Of a stretch of 64,000 nucleotides of DNA, positions 41,663-51,403 are shown piece by piece. Position 1 is the stretch's first letter; each line of letters begins with the position of its first letter. The position numbers and the translations under genes are program-made. Source of the DNA: Polaromonas sp. Lineage in GTDB: Bacteria > Pseudomonadota > Gammaproteobacteria > Burkholderiales > Burkholderiaceae_C. The stretch covers positions 29,283-93,282 of the forward strand of contig JAYVTG010000097.1 in the NCBI GenBank assembly GCA_043774625.1, written 5' to 3'. The notes beneath the pieces were generated by a model, which saw nothing but the letters and a program-made list of their open reading frames with translations, was not told the DNA's origin and made no database searches.

Positions 41663-42373
41663 TTAATACTTTGACTCCACCGCAGACTCTATGTCTTGCA
41701 TCGAGCTGTGGCGCACGTCTGCACCCTTCACAATGTAGATGACTGATTCGGCAATATTCTTGGCGTGATCCCCAATGCGCTCGATGGCTTTGGCAATAAA
41801 CAATAAGTCCAGACTGGCAGAAATGGTGCGCGGGTCTTCCATCATATAGGTCACTAGTTTTCGCACAAATCCGCCAAACTCCCGGTCAATCACATCGTCT
41901 TCTTTTAAAATCTCTACTGCCAAATGCGTGTCCAGCCTGGCAAATGCATCCAGCGATTTGCGCAACAGTGCCGAAGCAGTTTCTACCGCCAAATTCAGCT
42001 CATGGGCCGGCAAGGCGCGGGCTGAGCCACTGGTCACTATGTTTTTCACCATGCGCGCAATTTTGTGCGCTTCGTCGCCTGCACGCTCCAAATTGGCCGT
42101 GATGCGTGAGATAGCCATCAGCAAACGCAAATCGCGTGCTGTGGGTTGTCTGCGACCAATGATGGATGTCAATTCGCGGTCAATCACAATCTCCATGGCG
42201 TTGACACGTTCTTCAGTTTCTATCACGCGGTCAGCGGCTTCGTTGTTAAAGCGTGTCAATGCATCTATCGCACCTCGGGTTTGGGATTCAACCAAACCGG
42301 CCATTTCCATCACACGGGAAGACACGGCGTTCAGGTCGGAATCAAATTGGGTTGAAAGGTGTTTGTCTGACAT
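41663..42373 (-). CDS. phoU: Phosphate signalling protein PhoU
   Basis: Duplicated PhoU repeats (ERIGDHAKNIAE; ERAGDEAHKIAR), located after pstB. Confidence 0.94.
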   Translation of the reverse strand: MSDKHLSTQFDSDLNAVSSRVMEMAGLVESQTRGAIDALTRFNNEAADRVIETEERVNAMEIVIDRELTSIIGRRQPTARDLRLLMAISRITANLERAGDEAHKIARMVKNIVTSGSARALPAHELNLAVETASALLRKSLDAFARLDTHLAVEILKEDDVIDREFGGFVRKLVTYMMEDPRTISASLDLLFIAKAIERIGDHAKNIAESVIYIVKGADVRHSSMQDIESAVESKY

Positions 42374-42398
42374 ATTTTCTCCTGCTACCTATTTCTGT

Positions 42399-43172
42399 CT
42401 AACCAAAGCGACCTGTAATGTAGTCTTCGGTTTCTTTGCGTTTGGGTTTAAAAAACACTTGCTCTGTGCTACCAAATTCGACCAGATCACCCAGGTACAT
42501 ATATGCAGTGTAGTCGCTGCAACGCGCAGCTTGCTGCATGTTGTGGGTGACAATAACCACGGTGTAATCCGCTTTCAGTTCTGCAATCAGTTCTTCAATC
42601 TTGGCGGTAGAAATAGGGTCCAGCGCCGAGCATGGCTCGTCCAGCAACAAAACCTCTGGCTTGATGGCAATGCCGCGTGCAATGCACAGGCGCTGCTGTT
42701 GTCCACCCGACAAACCCGCACCACTTTGGTTAAGCTTGTCTTTTACTTCGTTCCACAGCGCTGCCTTGCGCAGCGCCCATTCCACGCGGTCGTCCATGTC
42801 GCTGCTGCTTAAGGATTCAAACAACTTCACACCAAAAGTAATGTTGTCATAAATCGACATAGGGAAAGGGGTGGGCTTTTGAAAAACCATACCGATCTTG
42901 GCGCGAATCAGGGCTACATCTTCCTTGCTGGTCAGCAGGTTGTCGTTGTCCAGCAAAATCTCGCCGGTGGCACGTTGCTCGGGGTACAGCTCAAACATAC
43001 GGTTAAAACAACGCAGCAAGGTAGACTTGCCGCAACCCGATGGCCCGATGAAGGCCGTCACTTTTTTCTCGGGAATTTCCAGGTTGATGCTTTTGAGGGC
43101 GTGGAATTTTCCGTAGTAAAAATTCAGGTCGTTAACCTTGAGTTTGGGGGTTTCCAAAATTGCTTCTGTCAT
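42399..43172 (-). CDS. pstB: Phosphate ABC transporter ATP-binding protein
   Basis: Walker [10 protein letters not shown], signature [13 protein letters not shown]. Confidence 0.96.
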   Translation of the reverse strand: MTEAILETPKLKVNDLNFYYGKFHALKSINLEIPEKKVTAFIGPSGCGKSTLLRCFNRMFELYPEQRATGEILLDNDNLLTSKEDVALIRAKIGMVFQKPTPFPMSIYDNITFGVKLFESLSSSDMDDRVEWALRKAALWNEVKDKLNQSGAGLSGGQQQRLCIARGIAIKPEVLLLDEPCSALDPISTAKIEELIAELKADYTVVIVTHNMQQAARCSDYTAYMYLGDLVEFGSTEQVFFKPKRKETEDYITGRFG

Positions 43173-43208
43173 GATTTTATCGGTCTCAATATTTTTTAAT
43201 CAGCACAT

Positions 43209-44165
43209 TCAATGTCTTTGCCTGGTCAACACACGCGCCAGGATATTGAGGCCCAGCACAGTCAACGTAATGATGAAAACACCTGCCCAGGCCAGCTTTT
43301 GCCAATTTTCATAGGGGCTCATGGCAAATTTAAAAATCGTCACTGGCAAACTTGCCATGGGTTTGGACAAGTCTGTCGTCCAAAACTGATTACTCAGCGC
43401 TGTGAACAGCAGCGGTGCCGTCTCGCCGGCAATGCGCGCCACCGCAAGTAGCACACCGGTCACCACCCCTGCTCGCGCAGCTTTTAGCGTAATGCCCATG
43501 ATGACTTTCCACTTGGGTGAACCTAGCGCATAAGCTGCTTCACGCAGTGCACTGGGGATCAAGAGCAGCATGTTTTCTGTGGTTCGAATCACCACGGGAA
43601 TCACAATCAAGGCCAGCGCCAGCACCCCTGCCCAGCCGGAAAAACTGGTAAACCGCGTAACCACTACAGAGTAGATAAACAATCCCACCACAATGCTGGG
43701 CGCAGACAACAAAATATCGTTAACAAAGCGCGTGACCGACGACAAAGTGTTGCCGCGTCCGTATTCGGCCAGGTAGATGCCCGCCATCACGCCTATCGGT
43801 GCGCCCACCAGCGTAGCCAGCGTCACCATGACAGCAGAGCCATACATGGCGTTAGCCAAACCGCCCACCTCATTGGGCGGGGGCGTAGACTGGCTGAATG
43901 TAGCCCAGGCCAGGCCCCCTACACCCAGAACGATGGTCTCCCACAAAATCCACACCAGCCAAAACACGCCAAACACCATGGCAGCCAAGGACAAAACCAG
44001 AGCCATCTGGTTCACCAGTTTGCGCCGCGCAAATTTGGCAGCCTTGGACTGCTGGGACACTTTAACTGCTACCAAGTCTTCGCTGGTGGTTTTGGCAGGC
44101 GCTATAGGTTTTGCAGCAGCATGATCTGGCGACTTTGCTGGTGCGTTGTTGATGACAGCGCTCAT
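43209..44165 (-). CDS. pstA: Phosphate ABC transporter permease PstA
   Basis: Permease with an EAAYALG motif, in pst operon order. Confidence 0.92.
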   Translation of the reverse strand: MSAVINNAPAKSPDHAAAKPIAPAKTTSEDLVAVKVSQQSKAAKFARRKLVNQMALVLSLAAMVFGVFWLVWILWETIVLGVGGLAWATFSQSTPPPNEVGGLANAMYGSAVMVTLATLVGAPIGVMAGIYLAEYGRGNTLSSVTRFVNDILLSAPSIVVGLFIYSVVVTRFTSFSGWAGVLALALIVIPVVIRTTENMLLLIPSALREAAYALGSPKWKVIMGITLKAARAGVVTGVLLAVARIAGETAPLLFTALSNQFWTTDLSKPMASLPVTIFKFAMSPYENWQKLAWAGVFIITLTVLGLNILARVLTRQRH

Positions 44166-45109
44166 GATCGCGCTCCTTCAGATTTTTGCAAACGTGACAA
44201 CAAAATTTTGGACAAGGTCAGCACCACAAAAGTGATGAAAAACAAAATCAGCCCCAGATAAATAAGCGATGCCTGGTGCAAACCTTCACCCGCCTCGGCA
44301 AACTCGTTGGCCAAGGCGGACGTAATACTGTTAGCTGCCTCAAATACGCTCAAGCTATCCAACTGGTTCATATTGCCAATGACGAAGGTTATTGCCATCG
44401 TCTCGCCTAATGCGCGCCCCAAGCCCAGCATGACGCCGCCGATCACACCTGTTTTGGTATAGGGCAATACGACCTGGCTCATCACCTCCCAGGTGGTGCT
44501 GCCCAGGCCGTAGGCAGATTCTTTAAGCAGGGGCGGTGTCACTTCAAACACATCACGCATAACCGACGCAATAAACGGAATGACCATGATCGCCAAAATA
44601 ATGCCTGCAGACAAAATGCCAATACCCACTGGCGGGCCAGATACCAGAGCACCCAAATAGGGCACACCAGCGAACACGGCCTGCAGCGGTTGTTGCACAT
44701 AGGTGGACAAGATTGGCCCAAAAACCATCAAACCCCACATACCGTAGACGATGGACGGCACCGCTGCCAGCAGTTCAATGGCCGTGCCCAACGGACGCTT
44801 GAGCCAAGCCGGTGACAGCTCCGTTAAAAACAGCGCAATACCAAAGCTGACTGGCACCGCAATAAGCAGTGCAATAAACGACGTGGCCAGCGTGCCATAG
44901 ATCATGACCAGGCCGCCGTAGTCGTTTTGCACCGGGTCCCACACACTGCGCGTCAAAAAAGTCAGTCCGTACTTTTCAATCGCAGGCCAGGCACCTAAAA
45001 ACAGGGAAAAGATGATGCCAAACAGCAAAGACAGTGTGATCAAAGCAGCCAGTAAGGCACCGCTTGCAAACAATCTGTCGGGTAAATGGCTGTAGGTATT
45101 TGATTTCAT
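44162..45109 (-). CDS. pstC: Phosphate ABC transporter permease PstC
   Basis: Permease with an ESAYGLG motif, located upstream of pstA. Confidence 0.92.
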   Translation of the reverse strand: MKSNTYSHLPDRLFASGALLAALITLSLLFGIIFSLFLGAWPAIEKYGLTFLTRSVWDPVQNDYGGLVMIYGTLATSFIALLIAVPVSFGIALFLTELSPAWLKRPLGTAIELLAAVPSIVYGMWGLMVFGPILSTYVQQPLQAVFAGVPYLGALVSGPPVGIGILSAGIILAIMVIPFIASVMRDVFEVTPPLLKESAYGLGSTTWEVMSQVVLPYTKTGVIGGVMLGLGRALGETMAITFVIGNMNQLDSLSVFEAANSITSALANEFAEAGEGLHQASLIYLGLILFFITFVVLTLSKILLSRLQKSEGARS

Positions 45110-45134
45110 TTTTTAGTGTACTTTTAGCCAAATG

Positions 45135-45176
45135 CCAGCGTGGAATATGCGCAAGCAGCTATTTATTTAATAGCAA
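45135..45176 (+). repeat. REP-like repeat, copy 5 (overlaps pstS stop)
   Basis: CCAGCGTGGAATATGCGCAAGCAGCTATTTATTTAATAGCAA. The last four pstS codons plus TAA (gtt gct att aaa taa) lie inside it. Confidence 0.9.
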
Positions 45177-46197
45177 CCGATTTTCCGGCAGCATCTTTGA
45201 TCTCGCTCCAGGTTTTCTCAATCGACGCAATCACCGTGCTGGGCATGGGCACGTAGTCCAGCTCTTCGGCCTGCTTGCCGCCGTTGGCATACGCCCAGTT
45301 AAAGAACTTCAGCGCAGCGGTGGCATTGGCTGGTTTGTCCTGCGTCTTTTGCATCAAGATAAACGTCGCGCCACTGATGGGCCATGCGTCTTTGCCAGCC
45401 TGATTCGTCAAAATTTGGTAGAAGCTTTTGTTCCAGTCGGCACCGGCTGCTGCTGCCTTGAAGGTGGTGTCATCAGGTGACACATAAGCACCGGCTGCAT
45501 TTTGCATTTGCGCGTAGTTCATCTTGTTTTGCTTGACGTAGGAGTATTCCACGTAGCCAATCGAGTTGGGTAGGCGGTTTACAAAGGCTGCGACCCCTTC
45601 ATTGCCTTTACCACCAGCGCCTGTGGGCCAATTGACTGCGGTACCCTCCCCTACCTTGGTTTTCCAGTCTGCGCTGACCTTGCTCAGGTAGTTGGTAAAG
45701 ATAAAGCTGGTGCCAGAACCATCGGCACGGCGCACGGGAGCAATGGCCGCATCGGGCAATGGCAATGTAGGGTTCAACGCCTTGATGGCCGGGTCGTTCC
45801 ATTTGGTAATTTTGCCCAGGTAGATGTCGCCCAGCACCTGGCCGTTGAGCTTCATTTGGCCGGGATTGATGCCTTTGATGTTGATGACCGGCACGACACC
45901 CCCAATCACAGTTGGAAACTGCACCAGGTTCTTGGCTTTGAGCTCTTCATCTTTCAAAGGCATGTCGGACGCACCAAAATCAACGGTCTTGGCCTCAATC
46001 TGGCGCAAACCTGCACCTGAACCCACGGACTGGTAATTGATCTTGATACCAGTGGACTTGTTGTACTCGGCCGCCCATTTGGCGTACAGCGGTGCAGGAA
46101 ACGTAGCACCTGCGCCAGTGATGTCTTGGGCTACAGCCGATTGCGCCATCACGGCACCAGCAGCGAGAAAAGCGGTTGCAAAAGCAGTTTTGAACAT
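45163..46197 (-). CDS. pstS: Phosphate-binding protein PstS
   Basis: Signal peptide, GAGATFPAPLYAKW and YQSVGSGAG motifs. Confidence 0.95.
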   Translation of the reverse strand: MFKTAFATAFLAAGAVMAQSAVAQDITGAGATFPAPLYAKWAAEYNKSTGIKINYQSVGSGAGLRQIEAKTVDFGASDMPLKDEELKAKNLVQFPTVIGGVVPVINIKGINPGQMKLNGQVLGDIYLGKITKWNDPAIKALNPTLPLPDAAIAPVRRADGSGTSFIFTNYLSKVSADWKTKVGEGTAVNWPTGAGGKGNEGVAAFVNRLPNSIGYVEYSYVKQNKMNYAQMQNAAGAYVSPDDTTFKAAAAGADWNKSFYQILTNQAGKDAWPISGATFILMQKTQDKPANATAALKFFNWAYANGGKQAEELDYVPMPSTVIASIEKTWSEIKDAAGKSVAIK

Positions 46198-46261
46198 AAA
46201 AACTTCTCATCAGGTTAAAAAATGGATGGTGAAAAAAAACACTGGACAAACGCAATGTACA

Positions 46262-46291
46262 CAGTGTTTGTGACGGTTTTGTGACCGTCAC
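46262..46291 (-). promoter_or_regulatory. Pho box upstream of pstS
   Basis: The minus strand reads GGTCACaaaacCGTCACaaacaCTGTGT, with 11-bp phased hexamers resembling CTGTCA, about 65 nt upstream of the pstS ATG. Confidence 0.65.
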
Positions 46292-46334
46292 ATTTCTTGG
46301 CCTCCATTTTTCTCACTTGGGCAGAGGTACCTAT

Positions 46335-46373
46335 TGTCACCAATTTGTCATTTTTTCTTCACAACAGTGTCAT
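46335..46373 (+). promoter_or_regulatory. Tandem Pho boxes upstream of the fasciclin gene
   Basis: TGTCAC, TGTCAT, CTTCAC and TGTCAT start at 46335, 46346, 46357 and 46368, exactly 11 bp apart. TACAGT follows 10 nt downstream. Confidence 0.65.
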
Positions 46374-46445
46374 GTACCGGTTTTACAGTTTTGGCTATGG
46401 GTACCTCGCATGGCCCATGCAAATTCAACATAAAGGAAGACCACC

Positions 46446-46922
46446 ATGTTTCGCCGCCTCTTACTCATTTCCACCCTGGCTATCGTGCTGGCAGCTTGTG
46501 CTAGCAAGCCGACACCGAAACCCGTAGCGCAGACCATCGCTGCCAACAGCCAGCTTTCCACCTTGAAAAACCTGATCGACAAAGCTGGTTTGCAAAGCAC
46601 GCTGGAAGGAACTGGCCCTTTTACTGTGTTTGCACCCAGTGACGATGCTTTCAAAGCCGTTCCGCAAAAGACTCTGGACGAGCTAATGGCCAATCCAGCG
46701 CAGTTAAAAGACGTGCTGACCTACCACGTGCTGGCCGCCAAGATAATGGCAGATGACGTGAAGAACGGCAACGCCAAAACAGTGCAGGGCGCTAACCTGG
46801 CGGTGTCCAAGGCGGGTGGATTCATCACTGTAGAAGACGCAATGGTGCAAACCGCCGACATCATCGCCACCAATGGCGTGGTGCATGTGATTGACCGCGT
46901 ATTGTTACCTCCTAAACGTTAA
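46446..46922 (+). CDS. Fasciclin (FAS1) domain lipoprotein
   Basis: Lipobox LAAC, then L..AGL...L...GPFTVFAP.D.AF....................L.YHV...........NGVVHVID.VL. Confidence 0.88.
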   Translation: MFRRLLLISTLAIVLAACASKPTPKPVAQTIAANSQLSTLKNLIDKAGLQSTLEGTGPFTVFAPSDDAFKAVPQKTLDELMANPAQLKDVLTYHVLAAKIMADDVKNGNAKTVQGANLAVSKAGGFITVEDAMVQTADIIATNGVVHVIDRVLLPPKR

Positions 46923-46945
46923 TTTTATGAGAAATACCGTCAATA

Positions 46946-46987
46946 CCAGCGTATATCATGCGCAAGCAGCTATGCTATTTATAGCAA
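46946..46987 (+). repeat. REP-like repeat, copy 6
   Basis: CCAGCGTATATCATGCGCAAGCAGCTATGCTATTTATAGCAA. Confidence 0.85.
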
Positions 46988-47207
46988 CAAGAATTATTGA
47001 ACGTACTCGTCAAGTGTGGTTGAACACATCACAGAGGACTACTCCGCCCCAAGGACAAGGTAGTGGGCGGCACTCAGATTTTGCTGCCCAAAGCGTCTTG
47101 ATTCAAGGCGACCGCGTCTTGGGCTAACCCTCTGCAAGTTCAGTCAGACCTGTCGGCTCGGGTGCTATGCTCTGCTCTGTTAAAAACGACATGCACAAAA
47201 CAGGCAT

Positions 47208-48698
47208 ATGCAAAACGGAAGTTTATTAGCCGCAATTGATTTGGGTTCGAACAGCTTCAGACTGGAAATAGGTCGTCTGGAGCATGGCCAGGTGCAACGC
47301 GCCCAATATATCAAAGAGACTGTTCGCCAGGGAAATGGCCTGGATGCAGAGCGCAACCTGTCGCCAGAAGCGATGCAGCGCGGCTGGGATTGCTTGGCAC
47401 GATTTTCAGAGCGTTTGTCCAATTTTGACCCTAACCATGTGCGCGCTGTAGCCACCCAGACCCTGCGCGAAGCGCGCAACCGCGAAGAATTTTTAACCAA
47501 AGCCAACCAGATATTGGGCTTTCCCATTGAAGTGATTTCCGGGCACGAAGAGGCGCGGCTGATCTATGTGGGCGTGTCCCGTTTATTGCCCCAGTCGAAT
47601 GAGCGGCGCCTGGTGCTGGACATTGGCGGGCGGTCTACCGAGCTGATTTTGGGGCAAGGCTACCAGTCGGGCAAAGCAGAGTCGTATCGTCTGGGCAGTG
47701 TGGCCTGGTCTATGCGCTATTTTGGTGAAGGGCAGTTAACAGCGTCTGCTTTTGCCAAGGCAGAAGTGGCTGCCAAAGCCGTGCTGGATGAAGCTATCAC
47801 CGAGTTTTCGGCAGCAGCGTGGGACACCGCCTACGGGTCTTCAGGAACGGTCGGTGCTGTGGCAGACATATTGCAGGCAGCCGGTTTTGCTGGCATTGAA
47901 CCCAATGGGCTGGACTGGTTGTACCAGCGCCTGCTGGACGCCAAACACATAGACAACCTCAAGCTGGACGGCATGCGAGACGACCGTCGCGCCGTGATTG
48001 CAGGGGGTGTCAGCATCATGCGGGCGCTGTTTGACCTGTTGAACATCAAAACCTTGCATGCAGCCCAGGGGGCGTTGCGGCATGGGCTGTTGTTTGACCT
48101 GATTGCAGACGAAGAGGGTAGCGCCGACGTACGACAAGAAACTGTGAACCGGCTGACAACTAAGTTCAACGTCGATGCCCGGCACAGCACGCGTGTGCGT
48201 GACACGGTGGCGCATTTGATGGCAAATATCAAATCACAAAGCGTGACCATGCCCACAGCACGGCTATTGCGCAAAACACTGTGGGCTGCGCAGTTGCATG
48301 AGATAGGTATCAAAATATCGCACAGCGACTACCACAAGCACGGTGCTTACATACTGGATAACGCCGACGCAGCAGGCTTTGCGCAAAGTGAGCTGCACCG
48401 CTTAAGCTTGCTGGTACTGGGACAGCGCGGCAAATTGAAAAAACTCGGCGTCCAGCTCTGCGAGCCTGACTTTGCAGCCCAGCTTTTAGCCTTGCGCCTG
48501 GCCGTTATTTTGTGTCACGCCAGAAAAGACCCTGCCCTCAAAGGCCTGGAACTGCGCGCCAGCGCTGACGGTTTTGTGTTGACTCTGGCTCAAACATGGA
48601 CAACTGCGTATCCACAGTCCATCTACCTATTGCAAGAAGAATGTGCAGCCTGGCAAAAAATGGGATGGGACTTTGTAATCACAATCGTTGGCAAATAA
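47208..48698 (+). CDS. ppx: Exopolyphosphatase (Ppx/GppA family)
   Basis: AAIDLGSNSFRLEI, EARLIY.GV and DIGGRSTEL motifs, 496 aa. Confidence 0.93.
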   Translation: MQNGSLLAAIDLGSNSFRLEIGRLEHGQVQRAQYIKETVRQGNGLDAERNLSPEAMQRGWDCLARFSERLSNFDPNHVRAVATQTLREARNREEFLTKANQILGFPIEVISGHEEARLIYVGVSRLLPQSNERRLVLDIGGRSTELILGQGYQSGKAESYRLGSVAWSMRYFGEGQLTASAFAKAEVAAKAVLDEAITEFSAAAWDTAYGSSGTVGAVADILQAAGFAGIEPNGLDWLYQRLLDAKHIDNLKLDGMRDDRRAVIAGGVSIMRALFDLLNIKTLHAAQGALRHGLLFDLIADEEGSADVRQETVNRLTTKFNVDARHSTRVRDTVAHLMANIKSQSVTMPTARLLRKTLWAAQLHEIGIKISHSDYHKHGAYILDNADAAGFAQSELHRLSLLVLGQRGKLKKLGVQLCEPDFAAQLLALRLAVILCHARKDPALKGLELRASADGFVLTLAQTWTTAYPQSIYLLQEECAAWQKMGWDFVITIVGK

Positions 48699-48709
48699 GC
48701 TGCCTGCCG

Positions 48710-49192
48710 CTAAACAAATTCGGGCGATTGCACCGTCACCAGCAAAGTTTGCTGCACGCCTTCGCGCACACGTGAGCGCAGCCACCAGATAGAGCCTTTT
48801 TTGATACTGCACTCAGTGTCTTTCAGGCCCAGCAAATGTGCTGCCAGTTGGCCCAGGCCAGGCTGGTGGCCTACCAACACCACAGTAGCCTTGCCGTCAG
48901 GCCACTGTGAAGCGGCCAGCAAATCAGCCGGGGTGGCAAGCGGCCCCAAGGTATGCAAAACTTTGTGTTTGCGGCCCAGAGCACGTACCGTAGCCAGCGT
49001 ACGCACTGCAGGGCTCGTCCATATCTTGGCAGATTCGGGCAACTGGCGGTCTAGCCAGACGGCCATGCGGGTAGCCTGCTTTTCACCTCGGCTGGTCAGC
49101 TCGCGGGCCATGTCAGCAGCAAGGTCATGCATTTTGCCTTCTGGCAGTTCTATTGCTTCTGCGTGCCGCCACAAAATCAGGTCCATGGCCAA
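48710..49192 (-). CDS. sixA: Phosphohistidine phosphatase SixA
   Basis: LILWRHAEA (RHG-type phosphatase motif), LT.RGE.QA, VGHQP, about 160 aa. Confidence 0.85.
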   Translation of the reverse strand: MAMDLILWRHAEAIELPEGKMHDLAADMARELTSRGEKQATRMAVWLDRQLPESAKIWTSPAVRTLATVRALGRKHKVLHTLGPLATPADLLAASQWPDGKATVVLVGHQPGLGQLAAHLLGLKDTECSIKKGSIWWLRSRVREGVQQTLLVTVQSPEFV

Positions 49193-49199
49193 AGCCTCC

Positions 49200-51281
49200 T
49201 TAGTCGTTGGATGCAGAAATTTGATTCAACCTGGAAAAATACTGGGCCAATTCTGTTTGCGCACTGAGCGATTGGGTTGTAACAGGCATCTGGGTGTAAG
49301 TGCCATCTTGCTGCAAGAACCAGACGTCTTTGCCATCGTGCAAATAGGGAACCAGACACTCATCAATCACACGGCGTTTTAGGGCGGGGTCTGTGATAGG
49401 CCAGGCGATTTCAATACGGCGCATCATGTTGCGGCTCATCCAGTCGGCACTAGACAAATACACCGCCTCATCCCCGTCTTGGCGGAAATAAAACACCCGT
49501 GAATGCTCTAAAAACCTTCCAACAATGGAGCGCACAGTCACATTTTTATGCACCTGCTTGTCAGACAGGGGCAATATGCAGGCACCCCGCACGATCAAGT
49601 CGATTTTTACGCCTTTGCGCGCCGCGTCCAGCAAAGCCATAGTCAGCACAGGGTCGGTCAATGCATTCATTTTGGCGATGATCCGCGCGTCTTTGCCTTG
49701 GCTTGCGGCTAGTGCGATGGCGTTGATGGTTTCTACCAATTGGGTGTGCAGATTGAAGGGGGCCAGCCACAGTTTTTTCAGCTTGGGCAACTGGGTCTGG
49801 CTCGCCAGGTTCATGAAGATGGCGTCCATATCGGCCGTCATTTCAGCATCGGCGGTGAGGTAGCTGATGTCGGTGTACAGCTTGGCAGTACGCGGGTTGT
49901 AATTACCCGTAGACAGATGGCCATACCGGCGCAGCACACGGCCTTCGCGTCGGGTAATTAGCAGCATCTTGGCGTGGGTTTTAAGGCCCACTACGCCGTA
50001 GACCACCTGCGCGCCAATGGACTCGAGCATTTCTGCCCAGTTTATATTGGCCTCTTCGTCAAAGCGGGCCTTCAGCTCCATCACCACAGTCACTTCTTTG
50101 CCCTGGCGCACGGCTTCGCGCAGCAGTTCCATCATTTCAGAATCAGCCCCGGTGCGGTAAATGGTTTGCCGAATAGCCAGTACGTTAGGGTCGCGCACGG
50201 CTTCGCGCAAAAAGGCTAGCACGCCGCCAAAGCTTTCAAAGGGCTGGTGGATAAGAATGTCTTTGGCGCGTACCTGTTCAAAAATCGGCACATGCGGCTG
50301 CAAACCAATGGGTGGCACGGGCCGATGCGCCGGAAAAAGTAAATCTGGCATATTGACCAGGTCAATCAACTGGCTAAAGCGCACCAAATTTACGGGGCCA
50401 TGCACTTTGTACAAAGCCTGTTGCGGCAAGTCAAACTGTTTGCATAAAAACTGGGCCAAATAGTCTGAACACCCTGACGAAACTTCCAACCGCACTGCCT
50501 GGCCATAGTGCCGGTGTTCCAGCCCCTGGCGCAGTGCTTTGCGCAGATTGAGCACCTCGTCTTCGTCTACCGACAAGTCGGAATGGCGGGTAACGCGAAA
50601 TTGCGAAAATTCGGTCACGACACGGTCTGAAAACAGGTCATGCAAGTGCGAACGCATGATGCTGGTGAGTGACACCAGCGCAATGCCGGTGCCAGCCACT
50701 TTAGGGGGCAACCGTATCAAACGCGGCAAGGCACGCGGCACCTTGACAATGGCGATTTCATTGCGTATGCCAAACGCGTCTTTGCCGTCGCGGCGCACTA
50801 TGAAGTTGAGCGATTTATTGGCCACCAAAGGAAACGGGTGCGCCGGGTCCAGGCCTACGGGCGTAAGCAACGGCCGCACTTCACGCTCAAAATATTCGTG
50901 CACCCATTTACGTTGGGCGGGGTTGCGGTCACCGTGCGAGATGACACGTATGCCCCGCTCGGCCAGTGCTGGCATGACTTCATCATTGAAAATTTGGTAT
51001 TTGTCTTTGACCAGGGCATGCACCGCTACGGCCAGGGATTCAAACGAGGCAGAGTTGTAAAGACCCTTGGGGTCTTGCAAAAGCGCCGCGCTGAGCAGGG
51101 GTTCTGCTCGCACCTCAAAAAATTCATCCAGATTGGAGGTGACGATGCACAGGTAACGCAAGCGTTCCAAAATAGGGACATCACCACGCTGCGCCCAACT
51201 GAGCACTCTGCGGTTAAATTGCAAAATGCTGTCGTCGCGGTCTAAAAAATGGTCCGTTTGAGAAATGGGTGTGGGCTTCAA
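49200..51281 (-). CDS. ppk: Polyphosphate kinase 1
   Basis: 693 aa with an N-terminal FNRRVLSWAQ, the conserved PPK1 middle region, and two PLD-like C-terminal domains (KTHAKMLLI; GRFLEHSRVF). The start codon is TTG in the track and is uncertain. Confidence 0.94.
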   Translation of the reverse strand: MKPTPISQTDHFLDRDDSILQFNRRVLSWAQRGDVPILERLRYLCIVTSNLDEFFEVRAEPLLSAALLQDPKGLYNSASFESLAVAVHALVKDKYQIFNDEVMPALAERGIRVISHGDRNPAQRKWVHEYFEREVRPLLTPVGLDPAHPFPLVANKSLNFIVRRDGKDAFGIRNEIAIVKVPRALPRLIRLPPKVAGTGIALVSLTSIMRSHLHDLFSDRVVTEFSQFRVTRHSDLSVDEDEVLNLRKALRQGLEHRHYGQAVRLEVSSGCSDYLAQFLCKQFDLPQQALYKVHGPVNLVRFSQLIDLVNMPDLLFPAHRPVPPIGLQPHVPIFEQVRAKDILIHQPFESFGGVLAFLREAVRDPNVLAIRQTIYRTGADSEMMELLREAVRQGKEVTVVMELKARFDEEANINWAEMLESIGAQVVYGVVGLKTHAKMLLITRREGRVLRRYGHLSTGNYNPRTAKLYTDISYLTADAEMTADMDAIFMNLASQTQLPKLKKLWLAPFNLHTQLVETINAIALAASQGKDARIIAKMNALTDPVLTMALLDAARKGVKIDLIVRGACILPLSDKQVHKNVTVRSIVGRFLEHSRVFYFRQDGDEAVYLSSADWMSRNMMRRIEIAWPITDPALKRRVIDECLVPYLHDGKDVWFLQQDGTYTQMPVTTQSLSAQTELAQYFSRLNQISASND

Positions 51282-51333
51282 ATGGTTGTCTCACTGTGTT
51301 TTTAACAGCATGTTGCATTTGAAGTATGAAGAT

Positions 51334-51364
51334 TTCATGACAAATAAATGTCAATTTTGTGACG
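51334..51364 (-). promoter_or_regulatory. Tandem Pho boxes upstream of ppk
   Basis: The minus strand reads CGTCACaaaatTGACATttattTGTCATgaaatCTTCAT, four hexamers phased at 11 bp, about 50 nt upstream of the ppk ORF start. Confidence 0.55.
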
Positions 51365-51403
51365 AGCCATTTTTAACCACACAGCATACACCTGCACAAC
51401 AAC

